Assembly (NCBI GenBank): GCA_934182615.1
Contig: CAKPRO010000008.1
Coordinates: forward strand, 7,157 to 71,156
Direction: 5' to 3'
Length of the DNA: 64,000 nucleotides
Source of the DNA: an uncultured Bacilli bacterium
GTDB lineage: Bacteria; Bacillota_I; Bacilli_A; RF39; UBA660
Position 1 is the first letter of the stretch, and each line of letters begins with the position of its first letter. Position numbers and translations under genes: made by a program. The notes below the pieces were generated by a model that saw nothing but the letters and a program-made list of their open reading frames with translations, was not told the origin of the DNA and searched no databases. This document shows, in pieces, positions 28,058 to 36,887 of the stretch.

Positions 28058-29521
28058 ATGAAAAAAATACTTAATTTATTATATTTTATATTATTAATAT
28101 TATCTTATTATTTAACTAAGAATACAAATATGTTTTTATTAACAATTAGTTTTAGTTTACTAATTATTTATAGTGGTATCTTTAGTACTATGAGTATTAA
28201 AAAGAGATTAGAATCTTTATATGATAAAAAATATTATTATTCTATGAATAAGATATTTAAGGGAAGTATTTTATTAATTGGTATAATTGGACTTGTACTA
28301 GCCGCTATTAGTTATTTAATTGGTTTATTATTAAATATAAAGGGTATATTTATAGTAAGTATTAGTATGTGTTTATATTTGATAACAAAAGAAATTATTA
28401 ATATAGAAGGAGAGTATTTAAGTGTAATTAAATATAAAAAATTAGGTAATAATTTAAATGATATATATAAATTTGTTAATACTATTCTTTTAATTATTGG
28501 AATTATTTTATTATATAAAGTATTTAATTTAGATAATTATATTAATATTAGTATTTTATATTTGATTAGTGTTGTTACATTTATAGTATTTAATATTTTA
28601 TTTTATATTTTTATTTTTAAAAAGAATAAGTATGTTAAGAAAAGGGAAGAAAATAAAATTAATTATATAAAAGAAGTTAAAAGAATATTAGCAACGAATC
28701 GAATGGCTACGACGGCAAGTATTATACAAGGATCATATATTTATTTATCTATAGTTATATTATATTTTATATTAATTAATAAATATAATTATAGTTATGA
28801 TACTGTTGGGATGTATATTACTAATATATATTTTTATGGGATTAGTGTTGTATATATTATTTATAAAATTATTGAAAATATTTATGAAGATAAGTTTAAT
28901 GAAATTAAAAATAAAATTAATAATAAAGAAGAATGTAATATATATAATTTTATAAATAAGATTGTTATGTCTACGATGACTACTACTATTATAATGATAA
29001 TAGTAGCTAAACCTTTAAATAATTTATTATTTAATAATCAAGATATTAATATAGTTTTAAATGTTAGTTATTTGTTATTATTCTATGTATTATATATTAC
29101 TACTACTAAGATAAGTATGATATGTAATAAAGAAAAGAATGTATTTATAGTTTTGTTAGTAGGAGTATTAGTTACATTAATGACTAGTATACCTTTAATT
29201 GATGCTTCATATAGAATGGGTTATAATTTAGTTGGAGGTTCACTTATTTCAATAATTCTTGGATTTAGTGTAAGTACTATTATTTATATAATACTTATAA
29301 ATAAAAAATTAAAATTATCTTTATTAGATAACTTTAATAATATATTAAATATTATTTATGAAAGTATTATATATGCTTTATTCTTGGTATTATTTACTTT
29401 TATAGTAAAGGTAGATATAAATGGTATAATAAGAAGTATATTGGTGATTTTATTTTATATATTTATTAGTATTATGTTTTATATTGTTAAAGAAAAAATA
29501 ATAGGTAAAAGAGTGCAATAA
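28058..29521 (+). CDS. Polytopic membrane protein, possibly a MOP-family (Wzx/SpoVB-like) flippase
   Basis: 487 aa with about 12-14 hydrophobic segments. No catalytic motif was recognised. Confidence 0.35.
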   Translation: MKKILNLLYFILLILSYYLTKNTNMFLLTISFSLLIIYSGIFSTMSIKKRLESLYDKKYYYSMNKIFKGSILLIGIIGLVLAAISYLIGLLLNIKGIFIVSISMCLYLITKEIINIEGEYLSVIKYKKLGNNLNDIYKFVNTILLIIGIILLYKVFNLDNYINISILYLISVVTFIVFNILFYIFIFKKNKYVKKREENKINYIKEVKRILATNRMATTASIIQGSYIYLSIVILYFILINKYNYSYDTVGMYITNIYFYGISVVYIIYKIIENIYEDKFNEIKNKINNKEECNIYNFINKIVMSTMTTTIIMIIVAKPLNNLLFNNQDINIVLNVSYLLLFYVLYITTTKISMICNKEKNVFIVLLVGVLVTLMTSIPLIDASYRMGYNLVGGSLISIILGFSVSTIIYIILINKKLKLSLLDNFNNILNIIYESIIYALFLVLFTFIVKVDINGIIRSILVILFYIFISIMFYIVKEKIIGKRVQ

Positions 29522-29579
29522 TATTGCACTTTTTTATTAATTATGGTATCATTATTTTAGTATGATAGTGGGAATAGAT

Positions 29580-31124
29580 ATGAAAAAAATAAAAGATAAA
29601 AAGAAATTGTATATGATATTTGGTATAACTGTGTTAGTTGTAGCAATAATAGGTAGTACTTATGCCTACTATCGTTATGTATTAACATCTACTAGTGTAA
29701 ATACCATAACAAGAGGATTAGATTATTATATTAATTATGCTAAAGGTACAGATATAACTTCTGCTACTTTAAATCCAAGTGCTGATTATACTGGTGGTAA
29801 TAGTGCAACTGTAACCCTAAATAAAAAAGATAATACTTATGATATATATGGTCATATCTATTTAGATATTAGTACTATTGGTAGTAATTTAAGTAATAGT
29901 GATGCATTAAAGTATACAGTACTTGAAGGTAGTACTAAAGTATCGGAAGGCAAATTAAAAGGTGTTACTTCAAATGGCTCATATTTACTAGCAGTAAATA
30001 TTCCTTTAAAAACAACATCTACTACATATACTGTATATTTATGGTTAGACGAATCTGCTGGTAGTGATACTTCTATTGAAGGAGAAACTATTAAAGCTAC
30101 TGTCAGATGTGAAGCCACTATGAAAGAAATTAATGACGAACCATATACGTTTAGTTTTTCTAGAAAGATTATTAGTTTATATAATGTATCTACTAAAACA
30201 GATGTTACAAATAATAGCATAACTTATAAGTACGATACAAAAAATAATTTAATGCAAGATGTAGGTGGAAATATTAGATATTATGGAGCAAGTCCAAATA
30301 ACTATGTATATTTCAATTGTTCTGATTATGCAAATCAATCTTCTTCAACTTGTGAACTATGGAGAATAATTGGAGTATTTGATGGTAAAGTAAAATTAGT
30401 AAGAGATACTTCAATAGGAAGTTATTCTTGGGATAATAAGGATACAACAACTGGTGCAGAAAATAACAATGGTAAAAATGACTGGACTGATGCTAGATTA
30501 ATGAAATTACTAAATCCAGGTTATGATAGTGAAACAGTTGGTGGAAGCTTATATTACAATGCTAAAAGTGGAACTTGTTATGTTGGAAAAAATAATGCTA
30601 CAGTTGCTTGTAATTTTACATCTATTGGTATTAAAAATAGTGCAACAAGGAATTTAATTCAAGAAGTAGTATATAACATTGGTGGTTGGGATACTCCTGC
30701 TGTTTACTCAGATTTTATCTATGAAAAAGAAAGAGGCACTACTGTATATAGTGGAAGGCCAACAACATGGACGGGTAAAATAGGATTAATGTATCCAAGT
30801 GATTATGGATATGCTGCTGATTTTACAAAGTGTAAAGATGCAAGTGGTAACGATCTTACAATTTATAATTATGCTAGTAATGTTAATGATTATCAATGTC
30901 GAAAAAATAACTATTTATATAAAAATAAGTCTGAATGGTTATTAATTCCTAGTTCTGGAAGTTCATACAGCGTGTGGGACGTGGATTCGCCCAGCTATGT
31001 CAATTCTGGCGCTTATGTGTCTAATGGCGGCGCTATCCGCCCAGTCGTTTTTCTAAGTTCAACACAAGATATAGCAGGTGGAGAAGGGACAGAGAATAAT
31101 CCATATCAGTTATTGGTAGATTAA
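29580..31124 (+). CDS. Secreted protein, TasA-signal paralog family, with a C-terminal W..(I/R)PS...G.IRPV domain
   Basis: Signal ends IGSTYAYYRY. The C-terminus SEWLLIPSSG...NGGAIRPVVFL is shared with the 8764 pseudogene. It contains the GC-rich patch at 30971-31050. Confidence 0.7.
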   Translation: MKKIKDKKKLYMIFGITVLVVAIIGSTYAYYRYVLTSTSVNTITRGLDYYINYAKGTDITSATLNPSADYTGGNSATVTLNKKDNTYDIYGHIYLDISTIGSNLSNSDALKYTVLEGSTKVSEGKLKGVTSNGSYLLAVNIPLKTTSTTYTVYLWLDESAGSDTSIEGETIKATVRCEATMKEINDEPYTFSFSRKIISLYNVSTKTDVTNNSITYKYDTKNNLMQDVGGNIRYYGASPNNYVYFNCSDYANQSSSTCELWRIIGVFDGKVKLVRDTSIGSYSWDNKDTTTGAENNNGKNDWTDARLMKLLNPGYDSETVGGSLYYNAKSGTCYVGKNNATVACNFTSIGIKNSATRNLIQEVVYNIGGWDTPAVYSDFIYEKERGTTVYSGRPTTWTGKIGLMYPSDYGYAADFTKCKDASGNDLTIYNYASNVNDYQCRKNNYLYKNKSEWLLIPSSGSSYSVWDVDSPSYVNSGAYVSNGGAIRPVVFLSSTQDIAGGEGTENNPYQLLVD

Positions 31125-31185
31125 GTATATATAAGGGCCGACATGGCAAAAGAAAAATGAAAAAAGAATAGGAAGGTGAATAGTA

Positions 31186-33522
31186 ATGAAGAATATAACT
31201 AATTACTATGTTGAAGATAAGAGTAAGTTAATTAGTGATAAGGATGCTTATATAGTTGGAAAGAAGTTTAGATTTACTATTCTTTCTCCTAGACTTATTA
31301 GACTTGAATATAATGAAAAGGGTGTATTTGAAGATAGGGCTACTTCTTTAGTTATTAATAGATCTTTTCCTAAAGTAGAATATTCTATTACGGAGAGTGA
31401 AACTTTAATACAAATTAATACAGGAGTGTTTACTTTAACTTATGTTAAGGATAGTCCTTTGAAATCTAGTGCTTTATCTAGTAATATTAAGGCTATTATT
31501 AATAGTAGTAAAAAGGAGTGGCAAATTAATAGTCCAGAAGCTAGAAATTTAAGGGGTATTAATTATTCTATTGATAGTATTAAGGATAAGATTATTTTAG
31601 ATAAGGGTTTATATTCTTTAGATGGATATTGTTTATTAGATGATAGTGGTTCTTTAGTACTTGATGATAATGATATTTTTGTTGAGAGAGATAAAGGTGT
31701 TAAAGATTTATATTTATTTTTATATGGTAATGATTTTGAGGGATGTTTACAGGATTATTTTACTTTAACGGGATATCCTAATATGATACCTAGATATGCT
31801 TTAGGAGCATGGTGGTATAAGAATGATAATTATAAAGTAGAAGATATTAAAGAATTAGTGGATAAATTTAATCATGATAATATTCCTATATCAATATTTA
31901 TGTTAGGGGATTATTGGCATGATCTGAATAATGGATATACTCCTAGTGTTGATTTAAGGGAAGTTAGTAATTATTTAAGTAAATATAATATTAAATTGGG
32001 AGTAACTATTAATCCTAAATTTGATATTAAAGAGGGAAGTAATGATTATAATTTGATTAGTAATTATATTAATACTAAGAATTTTAATTTTATTCCTTTT
32101 AGTAATGATAAGATAGGGTTATATTTTAATTTATTTATTAATAATTTAGAGAATATGGGAGTAGATTTATTTAGTATTGATTATAATAATCCATTAGATA
32201 GAATTAATTTATGGAAGATTAATCATTATCATTATGGTAAGAGGGTTATTAATAATCGAAGGGGATTAGTACTTAGTCGTAATAGTGGTATTGCTCCTCA
32301 TAGGTATCCTATTATATGGAGTGGTAAGACATTAGTTAATTGGACGACTTTGAATTTACTTCCTAGATATAATCTCCAGGGATATAATATTGGAGTATCT
32401 TATATTGCTCATCCTATTGGAGGATATAAGAATGGTATTGAAGAAGATGAGTTATATTTAAGATATATGCAGTTTGCTTGTTTTTCACCAATATTTTTAC
32501 TTGCTAGTGAGGGTGGCAAGTATTATAAGAGAGAACCTTGGAAATGGAATCCTAGTATTGAGAGTAATATTAAGTATTATATGAATTTACGATATAAATT
32601 GATACCTTATATATATAGTGAAGGATATAATTATCATGTTACTGGACATGGTATTGTTAAACCATTTTATTATGATTATCCTAGAATTATTGATGAGGTT
32701 GCTTATAAGAATCAATATTTCTTTGGAAGAGAATTCTTTGTATCACCAATTACTGAGAGAAAGAATACAGTTATTAATAGGGTTATGAAGAAAGTATTTG
32801 TACCTGATGGTATTTGGTTTGATTTTTTACAGGGTAAGAAATTTATTGGTGGTAAATATTATAGTAACTTCTATCGTGATGAGGATTATCCTGTTTTTGT
32901 TAAGGCAGGAGCTATTATACCTCTTAATGTTAATGTTAAGGAAGATATTCCTACTACTTTAGAAGTACTTGTATATCCGCTTAGTGATGGGGAATATACT
33001 TTATATGAAGATGATGGTTTTAGTAATAATTATGATAATGGTTTATATATGAAGACTAAGTTTAGTTATCATTATGAAGAAGATAATTATACTTTTAGTA
33101 TTCATAGAGAAAGTGGTAGAACATTAATTGGACAAAGAAATTATATGATAAGGTTTAAGAATGTTAAAAATATTACGGAGATTAATATTAGTGATAAAAT
33201 GATTAAGCCTGAATACTATTATGATAAAGATGATTTAGTAGTGGTTATTAATAATTTAATAACTGGTAGAGATATAGAAGTTAATATAAAGGGTAAGGAT
33301 TCTTTAGTTAGTTCAGTTAGTTTAGTTAATGAGGAAATTAAAGAGATATTATATGATATTAATATTAATACTAGTTTAAAAGAAAAGATTGATAAAGTAT
33401 TATTTAGTGATATTGATGTTAGAAAGAAAAGAATTGCTATTAGAAAATTAAAAAGAAAGGGATTAGATAGTAAATATATTAAAATATTTATTAATTTACT
33501 TGAATACATTCAAAAAATATAG
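31186..33522 (+). CDS. Glycoside hydrolase family 31-like protein
   Basis: GH31-like blocks are present (IPRYALGAWW, DNIPISIF, LFSIDYNNP, RNSGIAPHRYPIIWSG). Some catalytic-region residues are atypical. Confidence 0.6.
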   Translation: MKNITNYYVEDKSKLISDKDAYIVGKKFRFTILSPRLIRLEYNEKGVFEDRATSLVINRSFPKVEYSITESETLIQINTGVFTLTYVKDSPLKSSALSSNIKAIINSSKKEWQINSPEARNLRGINYSIDSIKDKIILDKGLYSLDGYCLLDDSGSLVLDDNDIFVERDKGVKDLYLFLYGNDFEGCLQDYFTLTGYPNMIPRYALGAWWYKNDNYKVEDIKELVDKFNHDNIPISIFMLGDYWHDLNNGYTPSVDLREVSNYLSKYNIKLGVTINPKFDIKEGSNDYNLISNYINTKNFNFIPFSNDKIGLYFNLFINNLENMGVDLFSIDYNNPLDRINLWKINHYHYGKRVINNRRGLVLSRNSGIAPHRYPIIWSGKTLVNWTTLNLLPRYNLQGYNIGVSYIAHPIGGYKNGIEEDELYLRYMQFACFSPIFLLASEGGKYYKREPWKWNPSIESNIKYYMNLRYKLIPYIYSEGYNYHVTGHGIVKPFYYDYPRIIDEVAYKNQYFFGREFFVSPITERKNTVINRVMKKVFVPDGIWFDFLQGKKFIGGKYYSNFYRDEDYPVFVKAGAIIPLNVNVKEDIPTTLEVLVYPLSDGEYTLYEDDGFSNNYDNGLYMKTKFSYHYEEDNYTFSIHRESGRTLIGQRNYMIRFKNVKNITEINISDKMIKPEYYYDKDDLVVVINNLITGRDIEVNIKGKDSLVSSVSLVNEEIKEILYDININTSLKEKIDKVLFSDIDVRKKRIAIRKLKRKGLDSKYIKIFINLLEYIQKI

Positions 33523-33552
33523 TATAATACACAGGTATATGGAGGTAATAAG

Positions 33553-33924
33553 ATGATGCAAATATTAAAGATATTATTAGAATATATAATTTGTTATGCT
33601 TTGGTTTTTCTTCTCTATTACCTCATTTTTATTAGAAAGAAGACTAGGTATAATAAAAATAAGGTACCAGTAGAGTATTATTATTTGCTGAGTTTGTATG
33701 GACTTAATCAGAAAGAAGTTAATTATAAGAAGTTTATGTATTTATCTGGTATAGTTAATACTTTTATTATAGTTACTACTTATATGTTAGTGTCTAAATT
33801 ACTTAGTAAATGGCTTTTACAAATATTATGCGGAGTAGTGATAATGGCTTTATTAATAATTATCTGCTACGGCATAATAGGTAGATATTATCAAAATAAA
33901 CAGAACAAAGAAAAGAGGAAGTAG
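33553..33924 (+). CDS. Small membrane protein (3 TM), unknown function
   Basis: ORF with RBS ggaggt. It abuts the leuS start. Confidence 0.5.
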   Translation: MMQILKILLEYIICYALVFLLYYLIFIRKKTRYNKNKVPVEYYYLLSLYGLNQKEVNYKKFMYLSGIVNTFIIVTTYMLVSKLLSKWLLQILCGVVIMALLIIICYGIIGRYYQNKQNKEKRK

Positions 33925-33925
33925 A

Positions 33926-36337
33926 ATGTATAATTTTAAAAGGGTAGAGAAAAAATGGCAAGATTATTGGGATAATAATGAAAGTTTTAAAGCAGTAACA
34001 GGTAGTGATAAGAAACCTTATTATATATTAGTAGAGTTTCCTTATCCTTCTGGTAGTGGTCTTCATGTAGGTCATGTAAGAAGTTATACTGCTCAAGATG
34101 CTCTTGCTAGAATGAAAAGAAGAGAAGGATATAATGTTTTATATCCAATGGGATGGGATGCTTTTGGAGCACCAGCGGAACAATATGCTATTAAGAATCA
34201 TATCCATCCTAAAGATGCGGTAAAGGAAAATGTTAAAACATTTAAAGGTCAAATGAAAAAACTTGGTTTTTCGTTTGATTGGAGTAGAGAGTTTTCTACT
34301 ACTGATCCAGAATATTATAAATGGACACAATGGCAATTTTTACAATTTTATAAACATGGTATGGCTTATAAAGCTACTGTACCAGTAAATTGGTGTCCTA
34401 ATTGTAAGACAGTATTATCTAATGAAGATGCTGCTGGTGGTGTCTGTGAAAGATGTGGTGAAGCTGTAGTTCAAAAAGAAAAGTCACAGTGGATGCTTAA
34501 AATGAGTGCATATGCAGAAGATTTGCTTACTGGTCTTGACGATACTAATTTTAAAGAAAGAGTTAAATTAGGTCAAATAAATTGGATTGGTAAATCTACT
34601 GGTGTTGAACTTGATGTTAATATTGTAGGAGGAGGCAAATTCTCAGTATTTACAACTTGTATTGAAACAGTATATGGTATAACTTTCTTTGTAATAGCTC
34701 CAGATGGTAAATTGATTAAAGAATTGATGCCTAGAGTAGAAAATAAAGAAGAAGTTAATGCTTATATTGAAGAGACTTCTAAGAAGTCTAGTATGGATCG
34801 TACTGAGCTTAATAAGGGTAAGACTGGTGTTGAAATAAAGGGAATTAAAGCTATTAATCCAATTAATGGTAAGGAAGTACCTATTTTCTTAGGAGACTTT
34901 GTATTAGGAGATTATGGTACTGGAGCAGTTATGGCTGTACCTAGTCATGATCAAAGAGACTTTGAATATGCTAAAGAACATAATCTAGAAATGATTGAAG
35001 TAATATCTGGAGGAGATACTACTACTAAGGCTTTTGAAAAGGGAGAATATTTAGGTAAAGGATGTAAGCTTGTTAATTCGGAAGAATTTACTGGTATGAC
35101 TGTTGAAGAAGCTAAAGAGGCTATTACTGATAAACTTGAAAGAGAAGGTATTGCTAGAAGAGTTAATAATTATAAGATGAGAGATTGGATTTTCTCTAGA
35201 CAAAGATTCTGGGGTGAACCAATACCTATGATTTATTGTGAAAAATGTGGATGGCAACCTATGGATGAAAAAGATTTACCATTATTGCTTCCTGATGTAG
35301 CAGAGTATGAACCTACGGATAATGGAGAATCACCACTTGCTAAGATAGATAGTTTTGTTAATACTACTTGTCCAAAATGTGGAGGAGCTGCTAAAAGAGA
35401 AACTGATACTATGCCTAACTGGGCTGGTTCTTCTTGGTACTTCTTAAGATTTATGGATCCACATAATGATAAAGAATTTGCTAGTATGGATGCTATGAAA
35501 TACTGGAATAGAGTAGATTGGTATAATGGTGGTATGGAGCATACGGCTAGACACTTATTATATGCTAGATTCTGGGTACAAATGTTATATAATTTTGGTT
35601 TAGTACCTAAAAAGGAAATGATTTGGACGAGAGTTAGTCATGGTATGGTTCTTGGTGATAATAATGAAAAAATGAGTAAGAGTAAAGGTAATGTTATTAA
35701 TCCTGACGATATTGTAAATGATTATGGAGCAGATACTCTAAGGGTATATGAAATGTTTATGGGTGATTATGAACAAGATGCTCCATGGAGTACTGATTCA
35801 TTAAAAGGATGTAAAAGATTTATTGATAGAGTAATCAGATTAAAAGATAAAGTAACTGATGGTGAAGAATACTCTAAGGATTTAGAGGTACTTATTAATA
35901 AGAGCATTAAGAAAGTTGGATATGATTTAACACATATGGCTTATAATACTGCTGTCAGTACACTTATGATTTTAGTAAATGCTTACGATGAAAAAGAATC
36001 TATTACTAAAGGTGATTATAGAGTATTACTTGATTTGTTAAATCCTATTGCTCCACATATTACTGAAGAATTAAATGAAAGTTTAGGATATGCTCCAATA
36101 TGTGATAGAGTATGGCCTAGTTATGACGAAGATAAAACTATTGATAATGAAATAGATATAGCAGTTCAAGTTAATGGTAAAGTAAGAGATACTATTAGAA
36201 TTAGGAAAGATTCTTCTAAGGAAGAATTAGAAAAGTTAGCTATGGATAGTGAAGTTATTAAGAAATGGTTAGAAGGCAAAGAGATAGTAAAAGTAATCTG
36301 TGTACCTAATAGAATTGTTAATATTGTAATAAAATAA
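33926..36337 (+). CDS. leuS: Leucine--tRNA ligase
   Basis: HVGH (HIGH) and KMSKS motifs, a CP1 editing domain and zinc-knuckle Cys pairs. Confidence 0.95.
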   Translation: MYNFKRVEKKWQDYWDNNESFKAVTGSDKKPYYILVEFPYPSGSGLHVGHVRSYTAQDALARMKRREGYNVLYPMGWDAFGAPAEQYAIKNHIHPKDAVKENVKTFKGQMKKLGFSFDWSREFSTTDPEYYKWTQWQFLQFYKHGMAYKATVPVNWCPNCKTVLSNEDAAGGVCERCGEAVVQKEKSQWMLKMSAYAEDLLTGLDDTNFKERVKLGQINWIGKSTGVELDVNIVGGGKFSVFTTCIETVYGITFFVIAPDGKLIKELMPRVENKEEVNAYIEETSKKSSMDRTELNKGKTGVEIKGIKAINPINGKEVPIFLGDFVLGDYGTGAVMAVPSHDQRDFEYAKEHNLEMIEVISGGDTTTKAFEKGEYLGKGCKLVNSEEFTGMTVEEAKEAITDKLEREGIARRVNNYKMRDWIFSRQRFWGEPIPMIYCEKCGWQPMDEKDLPLLLPDVAEYEPTDNGESPLAKIDSFVNTTCPKCGGAAKRETDTMPNWAGSSWYFLRFMDPHNDKEFASMDAMKYWNRVDWYNGGMEHTARHLLYARFWVQMLYNFGLVPKKEMIWTRVSHGMVLGDNNEKMSKSKGNVINPDDIVNDYGADTLRVYEMFMGDYEQDAPWSTDSLKGCKRFIDRVIRLKDKVTDGEEYSKDLEVLINKSIKKVGYDLTHMAYNTAVSTLMILVNAYDEKESITKGDYRVLLDLLNPIAPHITEELNESLGYAPICDRVWPSYDEDKTIDNEIDIAVQVNGKVRDTIRIRKDSSKEELEKLAMDSEVIKKWLEGKEIVKVICVPNRIVNIVIK

Positions 36338-36490
36338 CCTTAATTGGTTATTTTATTTTTGTCAAAATGTAAAATGAAATTAGTCCAAAATGTAAAATGG
36401 GTATTTAAAAAGAAAGAATATGATAATGGGAGTGCTGTATCTTTTTCATTTCATGATAGTGATTTTAATATAAAATTATGCAAAAATTAC

Positions 36491-36519
36491 TTGAATAACA
36501 GGGAAGATAATGCTATAAT
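36491..36519 (+). promoter_or_regulatory. Promoter of tRNA-Gln
   Basis: TTGAAT, 17-nt spacer, TATAAT, with a TGc extended -10. Confidence 0.6.
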
Positions 36520-36533
36520 TATATTGTTGTTAT

Positions 36534-36608
36534 TGCCCTGTAGCCAAGCGGTAAGGCATCAGACTCTGACTCTGACATGCGTTAGTTCGAATCTAACCAG
36601 GGCAACCA
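36534..36608 (+). tRNA. tRNA-Gln (CTG)
   Basis: U1-A72 acceptor typical of tRNA-Gln, anticodon loop ctCTGac and an encoded CCA. Confidence 0.9.
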
Positions 36609-36611
36609 AAT

Positions 36612-36645
36612 AAAAAAAATAGCCCTATTAAAGGGCTTTATTTGA
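36612..36645. terminator. Bidirectional terminator (tRNA-Gln / small minus-strand ORF)
   Basis: agccct/agggct hairpin flanked by an A8 run and a T-run. Confidence 0.7.
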
Positions 36646-36650
36646 TATGA

Positions 36651-36803
36651 TTAGTGATTGCATGGGTTGCATCTATTTTGGGAACAACCATTTCCCCAGA
36701 ATAAAACAAAGAAGATTAATAATATTACTATTATTATCCAGTATGCTCCTCCTGCATAACCATATCCATAACTTGGGTATCCATAACCGTACATAGTAGT
36801 CAT
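36651..36803 (-). CDS. YjcZ-like tiny Gly/Tyr-rich membrane protein (50 aa)
   Basis: Absent from the ORF track. RBS aaggagaa. Translation is MTTMYGYGYPSYGYGYAGGAYWIIIVILLIFFVLFWGNGCSQNRCNPCNH. Confidence 0.6.
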   Translation of the reverse strand: MTTMYGYGYPSYGYGYAGGAYWIIIVILLIFFVLFWGNGCSQNRCNPCNH

Positions 36804-36887
36804 TTCTCCTTTCAATATATTATACTGTATTAATAGATAAATGAATATAATGGATACCTAATAAATAATAAAAATAGAGGTGAAAAT

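Noticed and set aside
36344-36613. 89-aa ORF overlapping tRNA-Gln
   Set aside because: It runs through a well-formed tRNA and its promoter, and it has no RBS.
33553-36887. T-box leaders upstream of leuS and gltX
   Set aside because: leuS starts 2 nt after the preceding ORF. The 80-nt region before gltX has no specifier or T-box sequence.
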